Assembly: GCA_037139495.1 (NCBI GenBank)
Contig: JBAXGG010000001.1
Span: 3,025-67,024, forward strand
Source: Candidatus Saccharimonadota bacterium
Lineage (GTDB): Bacteria; Patescibacteriota; Saccharimonadia; Saccharimonadales; JAUPVS01
DNA: 64,000 nucleotides
Direction of reading: 5' to 3'
The number at the start of each line of letters is the position of its first letter. Positions within the stretch are counted from its first letter, which is position 1. Below the pieces are notes generated by a model that worked only from the letters and a program-made list of their open reading frames with translations, searched no databases and was not told the DNA's origin. A program made the translations under genes and the position numbers. Positions 37,951 to 48,102 of this stretch are shown here, piece by piece.

Positions 37951-39165
37951 GTGCAACTGGACGCATTTGTAATTATGCGAACAGTTGTCATATTTTGGAG
38001 AATTTGTATTAGTACAACAACAACTACATTAACCCAGAAACGCTCTAGTCGTTTCAATGGTTTTTGGCGCCTGAGAACCTACCAGCGCCTATTTAAACAA
38101 CTATCTAAGAAATCCCGTCGCCGCACAGTCCGCTACAGCCTATTAGCTGCCAATGTCTTTTTACTAATGATCGTGGCTGCTTTTGTTATTGGTGGGCCTA
38201 AAAATGCTGGAAACAGTTTATCCGGTCAGGGTGTAGCCGCGCTAGGCGAAGCCTCAACTGCAGTTAACCCACTAGACCAACTATCATCAGCCGATATTGC
38301 AGTCCATATTGCTAGGGCTGCTAATCTGGATGAGTCGCAGGCGGTTACTAACAAGGCCGACACGGTTAATGCTCAACAGACCGTCACATCGGCCAGTACC
38401 AGTATCGTAACTAAACCTCAGGTCGTTTCGGATGGCCTAAAGTCACGTAAAGACATTCAATCCTACATCACAATTGACGGTGATACTGTTTCTAGCGTGG
38501 CTGCTAAGTTTGGTGTTACCTCGGACACTATACGTTGGTCTAATGGATTATCTGGCGATACTATTGCTACCGGCAAATCACTAGTGATATCACCAGTTAA
38601 CGGTATCATATATAGGGTTGCACCTGGCGATACAGCTGATGGCTTGGCCACTAAGTATCATGCTAATAAAGATTTATTGATAGCCATTAATGATGCCGAA
38701 ATTAGCGGTTTACCGGTCGGCGAAAATATTATAATTCCTGGTGGTTCACCGGCCGTAGCGACAGCAGCTCGGGCTACATTAGGTGGACTAGCTAGTGGAG
38801 GTGGTTTTGCCTGGGGTGGCTATAATGCTGTATATGGCAGTAACGGGTACGATTACGGCTATTGTACTTGGTGGGTAGCGAACCGGCGTTCTCAAGCCGG
38901 CCACCCCTTACCAAGCAATTTAGGTAACGCTAGTACCTGGAAGGTTTTAGCGCAACGAGCTGGTTTTGGAGTTGGTAACGTGCCAGCTGCTGGCGCTGTT
39001 ATTTGGACACCACCCCGTGACTATTATGGTCACGTTGGCTATGTTGAGTCGGTTAATGCTGACGGCAGTGTGAATATTTCTGAAATGAACGTTATAGGCT
39101 GGGGGCGGGTCGACACTAAAACTCTATCGGCTGACCAAGCCGCCGCTTATTCATACATCTACTAG
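37951..39165 (+). CDS. LysM + CHAP domain peptidoglycan hydrolase (real start may be ATT 38008)
   Basis: TM anchor, two LysM repeats (GDTVSSVAAKFGV, GDTADGLATKY), CHAP GYCTWWV...GHVGYVE...SEMN. Confidence 0.9.
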   Translation: MQLDAFVIMRTVVIFWRICISTTTTTLTQKRSSRFNGFWRLRTYQRLFKQLSKKSRRRTVRYSLLAANVFLLMIVAAFVIGGPKNAGNSLSGQGVAALGEASTAVNPLDQLSSADIAVHIARAANLDESQAVTNKADTVNAQQTVTSASTSIVTKPQVVSDGLKSRKDIQSYITIDGDTVSSVAAKFGVTSDTIRWSNGLSGDTIATGKSLVISPVNGIIYRVAPGDTADGLATKYHANKDLLIAINDAEISGLPVGENIIIPGGSPAVATAARATLGGLASGGGFAWGGYNAVYGSNGYDYGYCTWWVANRRSQAGHPLPSNLGNASTWKVLAQRAGFGVGNVPAAGAVIWTPPRDYYGHVGYVESVNADGSVNISEMNVIGWGRVDTKTLSADQAAAYSYIY

Positions 39166-39206
39166 CCAGGCTGGACATAACTTGCTAACAGAGGTAGAAT
39201 AAGCCC

Positions 39207-40472
39207 ATGTTTGTGGATAAAGTTGCTGTAACAATTCAAGCGGGCGATGGCGGAGATGGTCGAGTTAATTTTCGTAAGGAAAAATTCATCGATCGTGGCG
39301 GCCCGGATGGCGGTGATGGTGGCAACGGTGGTAGCATTATATTTACAGCTAGCTGGAACCAAAATACACTTGCAAATTTTCGATACCAACGCTTGTTAAA
39401 GGCAGCCGATGGTCAGCCGGGAGATAAGCAAAAAAAACACGGACGAAACGGCCAGGACATGATGATTACCGTACCGGTCGGGACTATCATAACAGATGTA
39501 GAAGGCAAGTTATTGGCCGATTTGACCGAAGATGGTCAGCAAGTGGTTATTGCTAAGGGCGGACGTGGCGGCTTTGGCAATGCTCACTTTATCTCCTCGG
39601 TTCGTCAAGCCCCCCGGGTGGCCGAAAAAGGTGAAAAAGGCGAAATGCACGAGGCGACTATGGAACTAAAGATGATTGCCGACGTTGGTTTGATTGGACT
39701 ACCTAACGCTGGTAAGTCAACTCTGTTGGCCTCAATCAGCCATGCTAAACCCGAGATTGCCGATTACCCTTTTACGACTATTAGGCCAAATCTTGGCGTG
39801 GTCGATATCGACCGGAACAATAGTCTGCTAGTAGCCGATATCCCTGGTTTAATCGAAGGAGCCAGCGAAGGTAAGGGTCTGGGTGATGAATTTTTACGTC
39901 ACGTCGAACGCACCAGTGCTCTGGCCCATCTTATAGATAGTTACTCAGATGATGTTACCGCCGATTACAAAACGATTCAGAAGGAGCTTAAAACTTACTC
40001 AGTTGACCTATCAAAGCGGCCGCAGATCGTTGTTCTTAGCAAGATAGACGGCTTGGACGATGAAATTATAAATTCAAATATAGAAATATTAAAAAAAGTT
40101 GTTCCAAAAAAAACCCAAATTATGGCAATCTCGGCACCCAGTCATAAAGGTGTTAAAGAACTAATTTTTGAGATTCAGAAGATTGTCGTTAAGGAGCGGT
40201 CCAAACAGGCTAAAAAAGTCGCTAAAGTTTTACCAGTTATTAGACTTGAGCAGGACGATAGTTGGCGAGTCGCTAAAGATACCAAAGGCTTTACTGTTAG
40301 TGGTAACAAGATCGAGCGCTTTGCGGCGCGCACTGACTTTGCGAATGCCCATGCTGTTGCTCGATTGCGTGATATTCTTAAGAAAATGGGCATCATGAAA
40401 GAACTGCAGAAGAAAGGTATTGAGCCGGGTCAACCGATTACAATTAACGGTTACGAAAGCATTGAATACTAA
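39207..40472 (+). CDS. obgE: GTPase ObgE/CgtA
   Basis: MFVDK, GGPDGGDGG, GLPNAGKST, YPFTT, DIPGLIEGA, C-terminal OCT domain. Confidence 0.97.
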   Translation: MFVDKVAVTIQAGDGGDGRVNFRKEKFIDRGGPDGGDGGNGGSIIFTASWNQNTLANFRYQRLLKAADGQPGDKQKKHGRNGQDMMITVPVGTIITDVEGKLLADLTEDGQQVVIAKGGRGGFGNAHFISSVRQAPRVAEKGEKGEMHEATMELKMIADVGLIGLPNAGKSTLLASISHAKPEIADYPFTTIRPNLGVVDIDRNNSLLVADIPGLIEGASEGKGLGDEFLRHVERTSALAHLIDSYSDDVTADYKTIQKELKTYSVDLSKRPQIVVLSKIDGLDDEIINSNIEILKKVVPKKTQIMAISAPSHKGVKELIFEIQKIVVKERSKQAKKVAKVLPVIRLEQDDSWRVAKDTKGFTVSGNKIERFAARTDFANAHAVARLRDILKKMGIMKELQKKGIEPGQPITINGYESIEY

Positions 40473-41920
40473 TGGCGGCCAGCAGCTTATTTTTTTACGA
40501 TTTAGAAACTAGCGGGATTAACCCGCGCAGTTCTAGAATTATGCAATTCGCCGGCCAACGGACCGATCTTAAACTAAAACCAATCGGCGAACCGGTTAAT
40601 ATTTTGATCAAACTTAGCGATGACATTCTACCAGAACCGAATGCCATTATGATTACCGGGATTACACCTCAGCAGACAAAAGCTGATGGCATTACTGAGG
40701 CCGAATTCTTAAAAATCTTCAGTCATGAGATTGCAATACCAGGAACGATTTTTACTGGTTTCAACAATGTTCGATTCGATGATGAGTTCATGCGTTTTTT
40801 AAATTACCGCAACTTTTATGATCCTTATGAGTGGCAATGGCAGGATGAACGTAGTCGCTGGGATATTTTGGACGTTGTTCGGCTAACACGCGCATTACGG
40901 CCTGATGGCATTACGTGGCCGTTTGACACTGATGGTAAGCCATCTAACCGTCTAGAGATGCTTTCTAGTGTTAATGGATTAGAACACACCGATGCGCACG
41001 ATGCCTTAAGTGATGTGCGGGCCACAATTGCTCTTGCTAGACTAATATATAACAAGCAAAATAAGCTTTTTGAATATCTTCTATCGATACGCGGCAAGAA
41101 GGCTGTGGCCGATCTAGTAGATTCTGACCAACCTTTTGTGTATGCTTCAGGAAAGTATTCAGCCGATTACCAAAAAACCGCTGTTGTTACCAAGATCGCT
41201 GATCATCCAACACGCCAAGGGGCATTAGTTTATGATCTGCGACATGATCCTAACCAGTATTTAAGAAAAACTCCTAGTGAATTAGTTGAACTATGGCGTT
41301 GGAAAAAAGACGCCATCGAACCCCGGCTACCGATCAAAACGCTTCAGTATAATCGCGTACCAGCAGTGGCACCACTCGGTGTCTTAGATAAAGATTGCCA
41401 AAAACGCCTAAGAATAGACTTAGCAATTGTTAAGGCGAATCGTCAGAAGCTATCAAAAGCCAACGACTTCAAAAAAAACCTGCTCCGAGCGCTAGAGATT
41501 ATGGATAAAGACCAGCAAACCCGTTTGGTTGCGACTGATACTGAAGTTGACGCTCAGCTGTATGATAATTTCATTAGCCGCCCGGACCAGATTGTGATGA
41601 GGGCGGTTAGAGTTGCAGAACCGGACGATCTGAATGGTTTTACTAATCGGCTGATAGATCCGCGCCTTAAGGCTATCTTGCCGCTGTATAAGGCTAGGAA
41701 TTTTCCTAAGTCATTGTCGTCCGAAGAACTAGCGGAGTGGGAGAGGCATCGTCAGCAAGTACTCACCGGAGGCGGTAAACAGAGCCGGCTCGCACTATTT
41801 TTTGCGCGACTCGAAGAAATAGCCAAAACCAAGGGTATTAGCCAAGAAAAACGTTACTTACTGGAAGAACTCCACCTTTACGGCGAAAGTATTATGCCTG
41901 TTCCAGATTTCGTAGACTGA
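40472..41920 (+). CDS. sbcB: Exodeoxyribonuclease I
   Basis: FYDLETSG, QFAGQRTD, RFDDEF, ALRPDGITWP, AHDALSDVRAT, VDAQLYD, YKARNFP. Confidence 0.93.
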   Translation: MAASSLFFYDLETSGINPRSSRIMQFAGQRTDLKLKPIGEPVNILIKLSDDILPEPNAIMITGITPQQTKADGITEAEFLKIFSHEIAIPGTIFTGFNNVRFDDEFMRFLNYRNFYDPYEWQWQDERSRWDILDVVRLTRALRPDGITWPFDTDGKPSNRLEMLSSVNGLEHTDAHDALSDVRATIALARLIYNKQNKLFEYLLSIRGKKAVADLVDSDQPFVYASGKYSADYQKTAVVTKIADHPTRQGALVYDLRHDPNQYLRKTPSELVELWRWKKDAIEPRLPIKTLQYNRVPAVAPLGVLDKDCQKRLRIDLAIVKANRQKLSKANDFKKNLLRALEIMDKDQQTRLVATDTEVDAQLYDNFISRPDQIVMRAVRVAEPDDLNGFTNRLIDPRLKAILPLYKARNFPKSLSSEELAEWERHRQQVLTGGGKQSRLALFFARLEEIAKTKGISQEKRYLLEELHLYGESIMPVPDFVD

Positions 41921-42086
41921 TAACATCAAAGTGACGTTGATTTTGATGTTGTAGCTTTTCAGTCCTTGCTTTGTAATAGCGATAACCAAAATAGCTCAAT
42001 AATGGCCACAAGATTAGTTGATACCAAAGAAAGGTGAGTTGAAGGTGAGTGCCTGGTATTTGTCCCAGGACAATAAGTTGCATCAT
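41892..42086 (-). CDS. Small single-TM protein
   Basis: 64 aa, LIVLGQIPGT motif plus hydrophobic segment and basic tail; convergent overlap with sbcB. Confidence 0.55.
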   Translation of the reverse strand: MMQLIVLGQIPGTHLQLTFLWYQLILWPLLSYFGYRYYKARTEKLQHQNQRHFDVISLRNLEQA

Positions 42087-42222
42087 AATTCCAAACCCGT
42101 TTACATATACCTTAATTCTAAATCTATTTGCAATAAAGTCAATAGTAGTTTATCATCCTAATGCTTAGGAGTATTTATCAATACTCTGGTAAACTAAAAT
42201 ATAAGTTTTTACGGAGACATAG

Positions 42223-43005
42223 GTGTATATGAATCGTCAGCGCAACTCGTTTAGTCAAAATGGTGTAGGAATGGAAATATGTTTTTCTGAGCAAACTACT
42301 ACGCCAGAAGAATTTGGCCGTAGTGGCTTATATATTTCTTCTCCCCCCGAAGTTCGAATAATTCGGCAGGTTAGTATTCATCCTGACGATAATGAAAGAT
42401 TACGTAATGCAGTAGACTATTTAGGTCAAAAAAACTACGGAAAAGGTAAGGCTACTGCTATTGGATCCCTAGCATGTACCTATGTATCTGCCGAAGAAAT
42501 GGCTCGAATGCTAGAAAATAAGTACCCTAAAATATATCAAAATCGTCGCAAGATAACTCAAATGCAACGGCGCATGGCAAAAGACTATAAACAATTCGTT
42601 CAAAATTCAGGTAGATCCGTAGAGGAAGCAGTAATGTCGGGTTTTAGAGTACAGATTGACGGTCACGATGACGAGCAAACAGATGTATTCCCGTTAATTG
42701 ATGAAATGAAATGGTCGGCCGGAGATTTTTTTATTTCTGATTATGAAAAATATAGCCACAACACAATCGGACTAGACCTTTCAGAGAACTTAACTTTGAT
42801 GGCTGAAATGGATGAAACAGTTGCATACTTAAGGGATGAGGGACTTAACATAAACTCCATAGACAGGACCCGTGAACCACACCTGAGTATATTTACAACT
42901 TTCGGCAGTCTGGGGAACACTAGTTTGCACGCTATGAGCCATCCCAACCCTGTTACTTTGGAGCTTCCAAAAATGTGGGTTAATTCTAGCGGGATCACTA
43001 TTTAA
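42223..43005 (+). CDS. Hypothetical protein, putative degenerate 2H phosphoesterase fold
   Basis: GGAG SD; SLACTY and EPHLSI sit where the two HxT/S motifs of LigT-like proteins would be. Confidence 0.6.
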   Translation: MYMNRQRNSFSQNGVGMEICFSEQTTTPEEFGRSGLYISSPPEVRIIRQVSIHPDDNERLRNAVDYLGQKNYGKGKATAIGSLACTYVSAEEMARMLENKYPKIYQNRRKITQMQRRMAKDYKQFVQNSGRSVEEAVMSGFRVQIDGHDDEQTDVFPLIDEMKWSAGDFFISDYEKYSHNTIGLDLSENLTLMAEMDETVAYLRDEGLNINSIDRTREPHLSIFTTFGSLGNTSLHAMSHPNPVTLELPKMWVNSSGITI

Positions 43006-43048
43006 TACAACAATATGCTATAATAGCAAGCGGAGTAAACAGTAAATT

Positions 43049-43855
43049 ATGCCAGTACGTGATGAGAAGGATTTCAGTTACATTGATATGAGCCGAGCCG
43101 TTGAAGGCCCTGGCATAATTAAGTTTTTAGGTGCAGTCGATTACCATAGCAGAGAAATATTTGGTAATGATCAATCAGGCATAGTTGTCATCCCTGGCCA
43201 TCTGGACGAGGATGCTAGGATTAACAGTAGTAACGAGGATTACCTATCATCCGAATTAGAAATCAAAACGGTGGGTAGCCCGAGGTTTAAAGTATACGAT
43301 GCAGAGGATATAAGGTTTACGTTGCTCCATCGCCGCCAACCGAAGGAGCTGAATAAGACGAGCAGGTTATTGTGGGCAGGTCGTAGGACAACTAGAATAC
43401 AAGAGCAAACATACCATCCAATTGATGTAGATACAGATCAGGCCCCGCTATTTAAGACTAGTCCACTCTATGAGGCTTTGGTCAGGATTGGTCTTCAGTA
43501 TGATGTGCCTAGCCAGGATAACGTACCGATTAAATTTTCGGCAATTACTTTGAACCCAGATTCTGATTTTGGCGATAAAGGCATTGAGCTGGCATTGATT
43601 CCGTCCCCTGATGACAAAGTTACTCGTATGTTGGTTGATCAGATTCAACTATGCTATACAGCTCTAAAGCAAAAATCAAAATGGGCTGTATATCCGAATA
43701 ACGGGCCATTACCCTTAACTGTGCCATTTGCACGTTTGCCACGAGATGTTACTGAATCAGAGATAAAACAGTTTATAAAAGTTATGGACGAAAACTTACT
43801 TCCAGTCCGTGGCGTATTGAGTGTGATTAATCCTCGTCCCACCATTCATAACTAG
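43049..43855 (+). CDS. Hypothetical protein, putative degenerate 2H phosphoesterase fold
   Basis: Own TGCTATAAT promoter and GGAG; DIRFTLL and PLTVPFARL at the 2H motif positions. Confidence 0.55.
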   Translation: MPVRDEKDFSYIDMSRAVEGPGIIKFLGAVDYHSREIFGNDQSGIVVIPGHLDEDARINSSNEDYLSSELEIKTVGSPRFKVYDAEDIRFTLLHRRQPKELNKTSRLLWAGRRTTRIQEQTYHPIDVDTDQAPLFKTSPLYEALVRIGLQYDVPSQDNVPIKFSAITLNPDSDFGDKGIELALIPSPDDKVTRMLVDQIQLCYTALKQKSKWAVYPNNGPLPLTVPFARLPRDVTESEIKQFIKVMDENLLPVRGVLSVINPRPTIHN

Positions 43856-43902
43856 CTAGGGTCTAGTAAAACTTATAAGAAATCTGTATAATTAGTCGAC
43901 TT

Positions 43903-46713
43903 ATGAGCGACGCTATTTTAGTTAAAGGTGCTCGGGAGCATAACCTCAAAAATATTGATGTTGAGATTCCGCGCGGTAAATTAGTGGTAATTACCGGCTT
44001 GTCCGGCTCAGGTAAGTCGTCCCTGGCTTTTGACACCATTTACGCCGAAGGGCAACGTCGTTATGTTGAATCGCTTAGCTCGTATGCTCGACAGTTCCTG
44101 GGACTTATGGAAAAGCCGGACGTCGATCAGATAGACGGACTGAGCCCAGCAATTTCTATTGACCAAAAATCAACTAGTCGTAACCCTCGCTCGACTGTGG
44201 CCACTGTCACTGAGATTTATGATTATTTACGCCTGTTGTATGCCCGCATCGGGATTCCCCATTGCCCTGTTTGTAGTAAACCGGTTGCCCGTACAACAAG
44301 TGCTGCCATTGTTGATCAGATTACTAAATTACCAGTCGACGCCAAGATTATGATCCTAGCACCAATTATTAACTCCAAAAAAGGTGCGTTTGAGCATATA
44401 CCAGAACAATATACACGGGCCGGTTTTGCCCGGGCTCGAGTTGACGGCGTCGTTTACGCTTTGGATGAATTCCCAGAACTCGATAAGAACTACAAACATA
44501 CCATCGAAATTGTGGTTGATCGCTTAGTGAATAACGATGACAGCCGTGGCCGATTAGTCCAGTCTGTCGAGCAAGCTATAGAAGTTGCCGATGGCAAGGT
44601 TAGTGTTTTAGATGCTGCTACAAAAATTGAGAGCTTTTATAGCTTAAGATACGGCTGCCTCGACCATCCTGATGTTGCTATACCTGAGCTCGAACCACGT
44701 ACCTTCAGTTTTAACAGCCCACAAGGTGCTTGCCCGATTTGTACCGGGCTTGGCTCCCGCCTAGAGGTAGACCCTGAGCTAGTTATTCCGAATGGTCGCT
44801 TGACCCTGGCCGAAGGTGCTGTTAGGCCATATAACCGGATTAATACCGACAACTGGTACATGAAAAAACTGCAAGCTCTGGCTGATCGATATGAATTTAG
44901 TGTCCATGTCCCGACCGGTGACTTAACCAAAGCCCAAATTGAAAAAATCATGTATGGTACAGCTGACGAAACCTATAAAATATCTTTGGGCATCGGTCGT
45001 TCGTTCGATACCACCTACGAAGGGGTAATTCCAAATTTGGAACGCCGCCACAAAGAAACCGACAGTGATTTTATGCGTCGTGACATTGAGCGTTTTATGC
45101 AGGAGAGGCCTTGCCACGCTTGTCATGGGAGACGGCTTAAGCCAGAGGTGCTAGCTATTACAGTTGGCGGGCTATCGATTATGGATATTTGCGAGCTATC
45201 AATCGACGATGCCATAGACTTTTTTAAACAGCTTAAGTTGAGCGCTAAAGATGCACAAATCGCTACTCAAATATTTAAAGAAATCTCCGCTAGATTACAG
45301 TTTTTGCAAGATGTGGGCCTTAATTATCTAAGCTTATTGCGCAGTGCTGTTACCTTGAGCGGGGGTGAAGCTCAGCGGATACGTTTGGCTACGCAAATTG
45401 GTTCTGGCCTGCAAGGAGTCCTTTATGTTTTGGATGAGCCTTCGATCGGCCTTCATCAGCGTGACAACGAACGCCTAATCAAAACCCTCAAACACCTAAG
45501 AGACCTTGGCAACACAGTAATTGTTGTCGAACATGACGAAGAAACAATTCGGACCGCCGATTTCCTGTTAGACATCGGTCCGGGGGCAGGAATTCATGGT
45601 GGATACGTAGTTGCCTCTGGCACTCCGGAACAAGTATCTAGGGTACCCAAAAGTGTTACTGGCCAGTATCTTCGCGGCGAAAAGGTCATTCCAATTCCCA
45701 CAAAACGACGCAAAGGTAACGGAAAAGCCCTGGTAGTAAAGGGCGCCCGCGAGAATAACCTTCAGAATGTTACGGTCTCGATTCCTCTAGGCAAGATGGT
45801 GTTAGTAACTGGTGTATCGGGCTCGGGTAAGTCTAGTTTGATTAACGACATTGTGGCTAAAGAATTACAAGCACGTTTACATAGGGCCAATACTGTACCG
45901 GGCCGTCATGATGAAATTGACGGTATTAAGGAACTAGACAAAGCGATTGTTATTGATCAGTCGCCGATCGGTCGCACTCCACGTTCTAATCCAGCCACAT
46001 ACACTGGTCTATTTACACCAATTCGCGAATTATTCGCTAGTACACCAGAAGCCAAATTACGTGGTTATGCGGCCGGCCGTTTTAGCTTTAACGTTAAAGG
46101 TGGTCGTTGCGAAAACTGTTCTGGTGACGGAATTATAAAAATTGAGATGCACTTTTTACCGGATGTCTATGTGCCCTGCGAAGTTTGTCACGGTAAGCGC
46201 TATAACCGCGAAGCTCTAGAGATTCATTTTAAAGGTAAGGCAATTAGCGATATTTTAGAAATGACTTGCGAAGTTGCTTTAGAATTTTTCGGAAACATTC
46301 CCTCGATTGCCCGCAAGCTTCAAACCTTAGTTGATGTAGGTTTGGGCTATATCGCTCTCGGTCAATCGGCAACTACACTTAGCGGGGGTGAAGCTCAGCG
46401 TATTAAGCTGGCTACAGAATTGTCACGTCGTCCAACCGGCCGTACGCTTTATATTTTGGACGAGCCTACTACTGGTTTACACATGGCTGATATCAATAAA
46501 TTGCTGCATGTCTTGCATGCCCTAGTTGACGCCGGTAACAGTATGATTATCATTGAGCACAACTTAGACGTTATTAAAGCTGCTGACCACATTATCGATA
46601 TGGGCCCCGAAGGCGGTAGCGGCGGCGGATTTATTATTGCCGAGGGAACACCCGAGCAAGTTGCCAAGATAAAAAAATCTTACACAGGTCAGTTTTTAAA
46701 AACAATTCTTTAA
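43903..46713 (+). CDS. uvrA: Excinuclease ABC subunit A
   Basis: [22 protein letters not shown], two LSGGEAQRI signatures, zinc fingers. Confidence 0.98.
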   Translation: MSDAILVKGAREHNLKNIDVEIPRGKLVVITGLSGSGKSSLAFDTIYAEGQRRYVESLSSYARQFLGLMEKPDVDQIDGLSPAISIDQKSTSRNPRSTVATVTEIYDYLRLLYARIGIPHCPVCSKPVARTTSAAIVDQITKLPVDAKIMILAPIINSKKGAFEHIPEQYTRAGFARARVDGVVYALDEFPELDKNYKHTIEIVVDRLVNNDDSRGRLVQSVEQAIEVADGKVSVLDAATKIESFYSLRYGCLDHPDVAIPELEPRTFSFNSPQGACPICTGLGSRLEVDPELVIPNGRLTLAEGAVRPYNRINTDNWYMKKLQALADRYEFSVHVPTGDLTKAQIEKIMYGTADETYKISLGIGRSFDTTYEGVIPNLERRHKETDSDFMRRDIERFMQERPCHACHGRRLKPEVLAITVGGLSIMDICELSIDDAIDFFKQLKLSAKDAQIATQIFKEISARLQFLQDVGLNYLSLLRSAVTLSGGEAQRIRLATQIGSGLQGVLYVLDEPSIGLHQRDNERLIKTLKHLRDLGNTVIVVEHDEETIRTADFLLDIGPGAGIHGGYVVASGTPEQVSRVPKSVTGQYLRGEKVIPIPTKRRKGNGKALVVKGARENNLQNVTVSIPLGKMVLVTGVSGSGKSSLINDIVAKELQARLHRANTVPGRHDEIDGIKELDKAIVIDQSPIGRTPRSNPATYTGLFTPIRELFASTPEAKLRGYAAGRFSFNVKGGRCENCSGDGIIKIEMHFLPDVYVPCEVCHGKRYNREALEIHFKGKAISDILEMTCEVALEFFGNIPSIARKLQTLVDVGLGYIALGQSATTLSGGEAQRIKLATELSRRPTGRTLYILDEPTTGLHMADINKLLHVLHALVDAGNSMIIIEHNLDVIKAADHIIDMGPEGGSGGGFIIAEGTPEQVAKIKKSYTGQFLKTIL

Positions 46714-47348
46714 CGACGAGTAACTTTTTTCCACAAATCTTGGCGAAGTTTTTTGTCTTTGATGATGTGTAGTATTACTGGACTAAAAGTAAATAGCATG
46801 GCCAGCAAAACTATCGGCAGTAGGTACTTATCGATATTGGGTATTTTACTGCCTAGCCAGTGACCCAGCATAACAACGCCAGCACCCCAAAGGGTGGCGC
46901 CAACTATGTTAAAGGACAGGAATCGTTTGTAATGCATTTTTCCGACACCAGCAACTAATGGCGCGAAAGTACGAATAATCGGTATAAAACGAGCTAAAAT
47001 AATCGTTTTACCACCGTGGTTTTGATAGAAAGCTTCAGCCTTGACAACGTACTCTTGGCGGAAAAATAGACCGTCCTTTTTACTGAAAATACGATGACCA
47101 GTCCGGCGCCCAATAGCGTAACCAACACTGTCGCCAGCGATAGCCGCTACTATAACCACTAACAACACCCAGCCCAGGGGTAGTTTACCCTGAGCGGCAA
47201 AGAAACCAGCCGTAAACAGTAGAGTATCGCCGGGTAGGAAAAAGCCAATCAATAAGCCTGATTCAGCAAAGACCATACCGCCAATTAATAGCAACCCAGT
47301 CAATACTCCGGCGCTTTGTAGTAGGTGCTCAGGATTAATTCCAAACAT
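46710..47348 (-). CDS. DedA/VTT-family membrane protein
   Basis: [37 protein letters not shown]. Confidence 0.93.
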   Translation of the reverse strand: MFGINPEHLLQSAGVLTGLLLIGGMVFAESGLLIGFFLPGDTLLFTAGFFAAQGKLPLGWVLLVVIVAAIAGDSVGYAIGRRTGHRIFSKKDGLFFRQEYVVKAEAFYQNHGGKTIILARFIPIIRTFAPLVAGVGKMHYKRFLSFNIVGATLWGAGVVMLGHWLGSKIPNIDKYLLPIVLLAMLFTFSPVILHIIKDKKLRQDLWKKVTRR

Positions 47349-47432
47349 GTTTTACTAGCTTAACCTATAAGCTAGTTCGCCGTCTACTCCGAATCTTTGC
47401 TATACTATAGGTTACAAACCAAGGAGGTTCTA

Positions 47433-48101
47433 GTGTCCGATCAAGATATCGCAATTACATTGCAAAACCGAGAAGCGGTGGGGAAAGCTGTCAAAAAGTT
47501 GCGAAGAGATGGATTAGTGCCTGCTGTTATTCACGATCATGGACGAGATTCTATTCATGTAATGGCCTCTTATACTGAGTTACACAAGGTCTACAAAGAA
47601 GCTGGTAAGCATCATCCAGTAAACTTGACTGTCGATGGTAAAAAATACCTAGCCATTATTCGGGATGTAGATTTTGAGCCACGCAAGCATATGCTGCGTC
47701 ATGTTGTGTTTAACGCCATCGAGCAAAACAAGCCTGTTGAAACTGAAGTTCCAGTTGTATTCGAAGGCGATGCCGAAGCCGAAAAGGCTGGTTTTATGAT
47801 TCTTCGCCAACTCGACAACGTTGAAGTTAAGGCATTACCAAAAGACCTGCCTGATCAAGTCACTATCGATATTTCTGGTCTTACTGCTGTTGGTGATCGC
47901 CTCCACGTTTCTGACATTGTTGTTCCAGCCGGCGTGACTATTCTAACCGAAGCCGAACATGCCGTAGCCATGGTCGAAGAACCACGTTCACTAGCTGCCG
48001 CTCAAGCCGAAGAAGATGAAGCCGCTGCCGCCGAAGCCGCTCCAGTAGTCGCCGAGGAAGGTGAAGAGCCTAAGACTGATACTCCTTCCGAAACAGAGTA
48101 A
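47433..48101 (+). CDS. rplY: 50S ribosomal protein L25/Ctc
   Basis: KKLRRDGLVPAVI, LPKDLPDQVTIDIS, acidic tail; AAGGAGG SD before GTG 47433. Confidence 0.92.
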   Translation: MSDQDIAITLQNREAVGKAVKKLRRDGLVPAVIHDHGRDSIHVMASYTELHKVYKEAGKHHPVNLTVDGKKYLAIIRDVDFEPRKHMLRHVVFNAIEQNKPVETEVPVVFEGDAEAEKAGFMILRQLDNVEVKALPKDLPDQVTIDISGLTAVGDRLHVSDIVVPAGVTILTEAEHAVAMVEEPRSLAAAQAEEDEAAAAEAAPVVAEEGEEPKTDTPSETE

Positions 48102-48102
48102 G

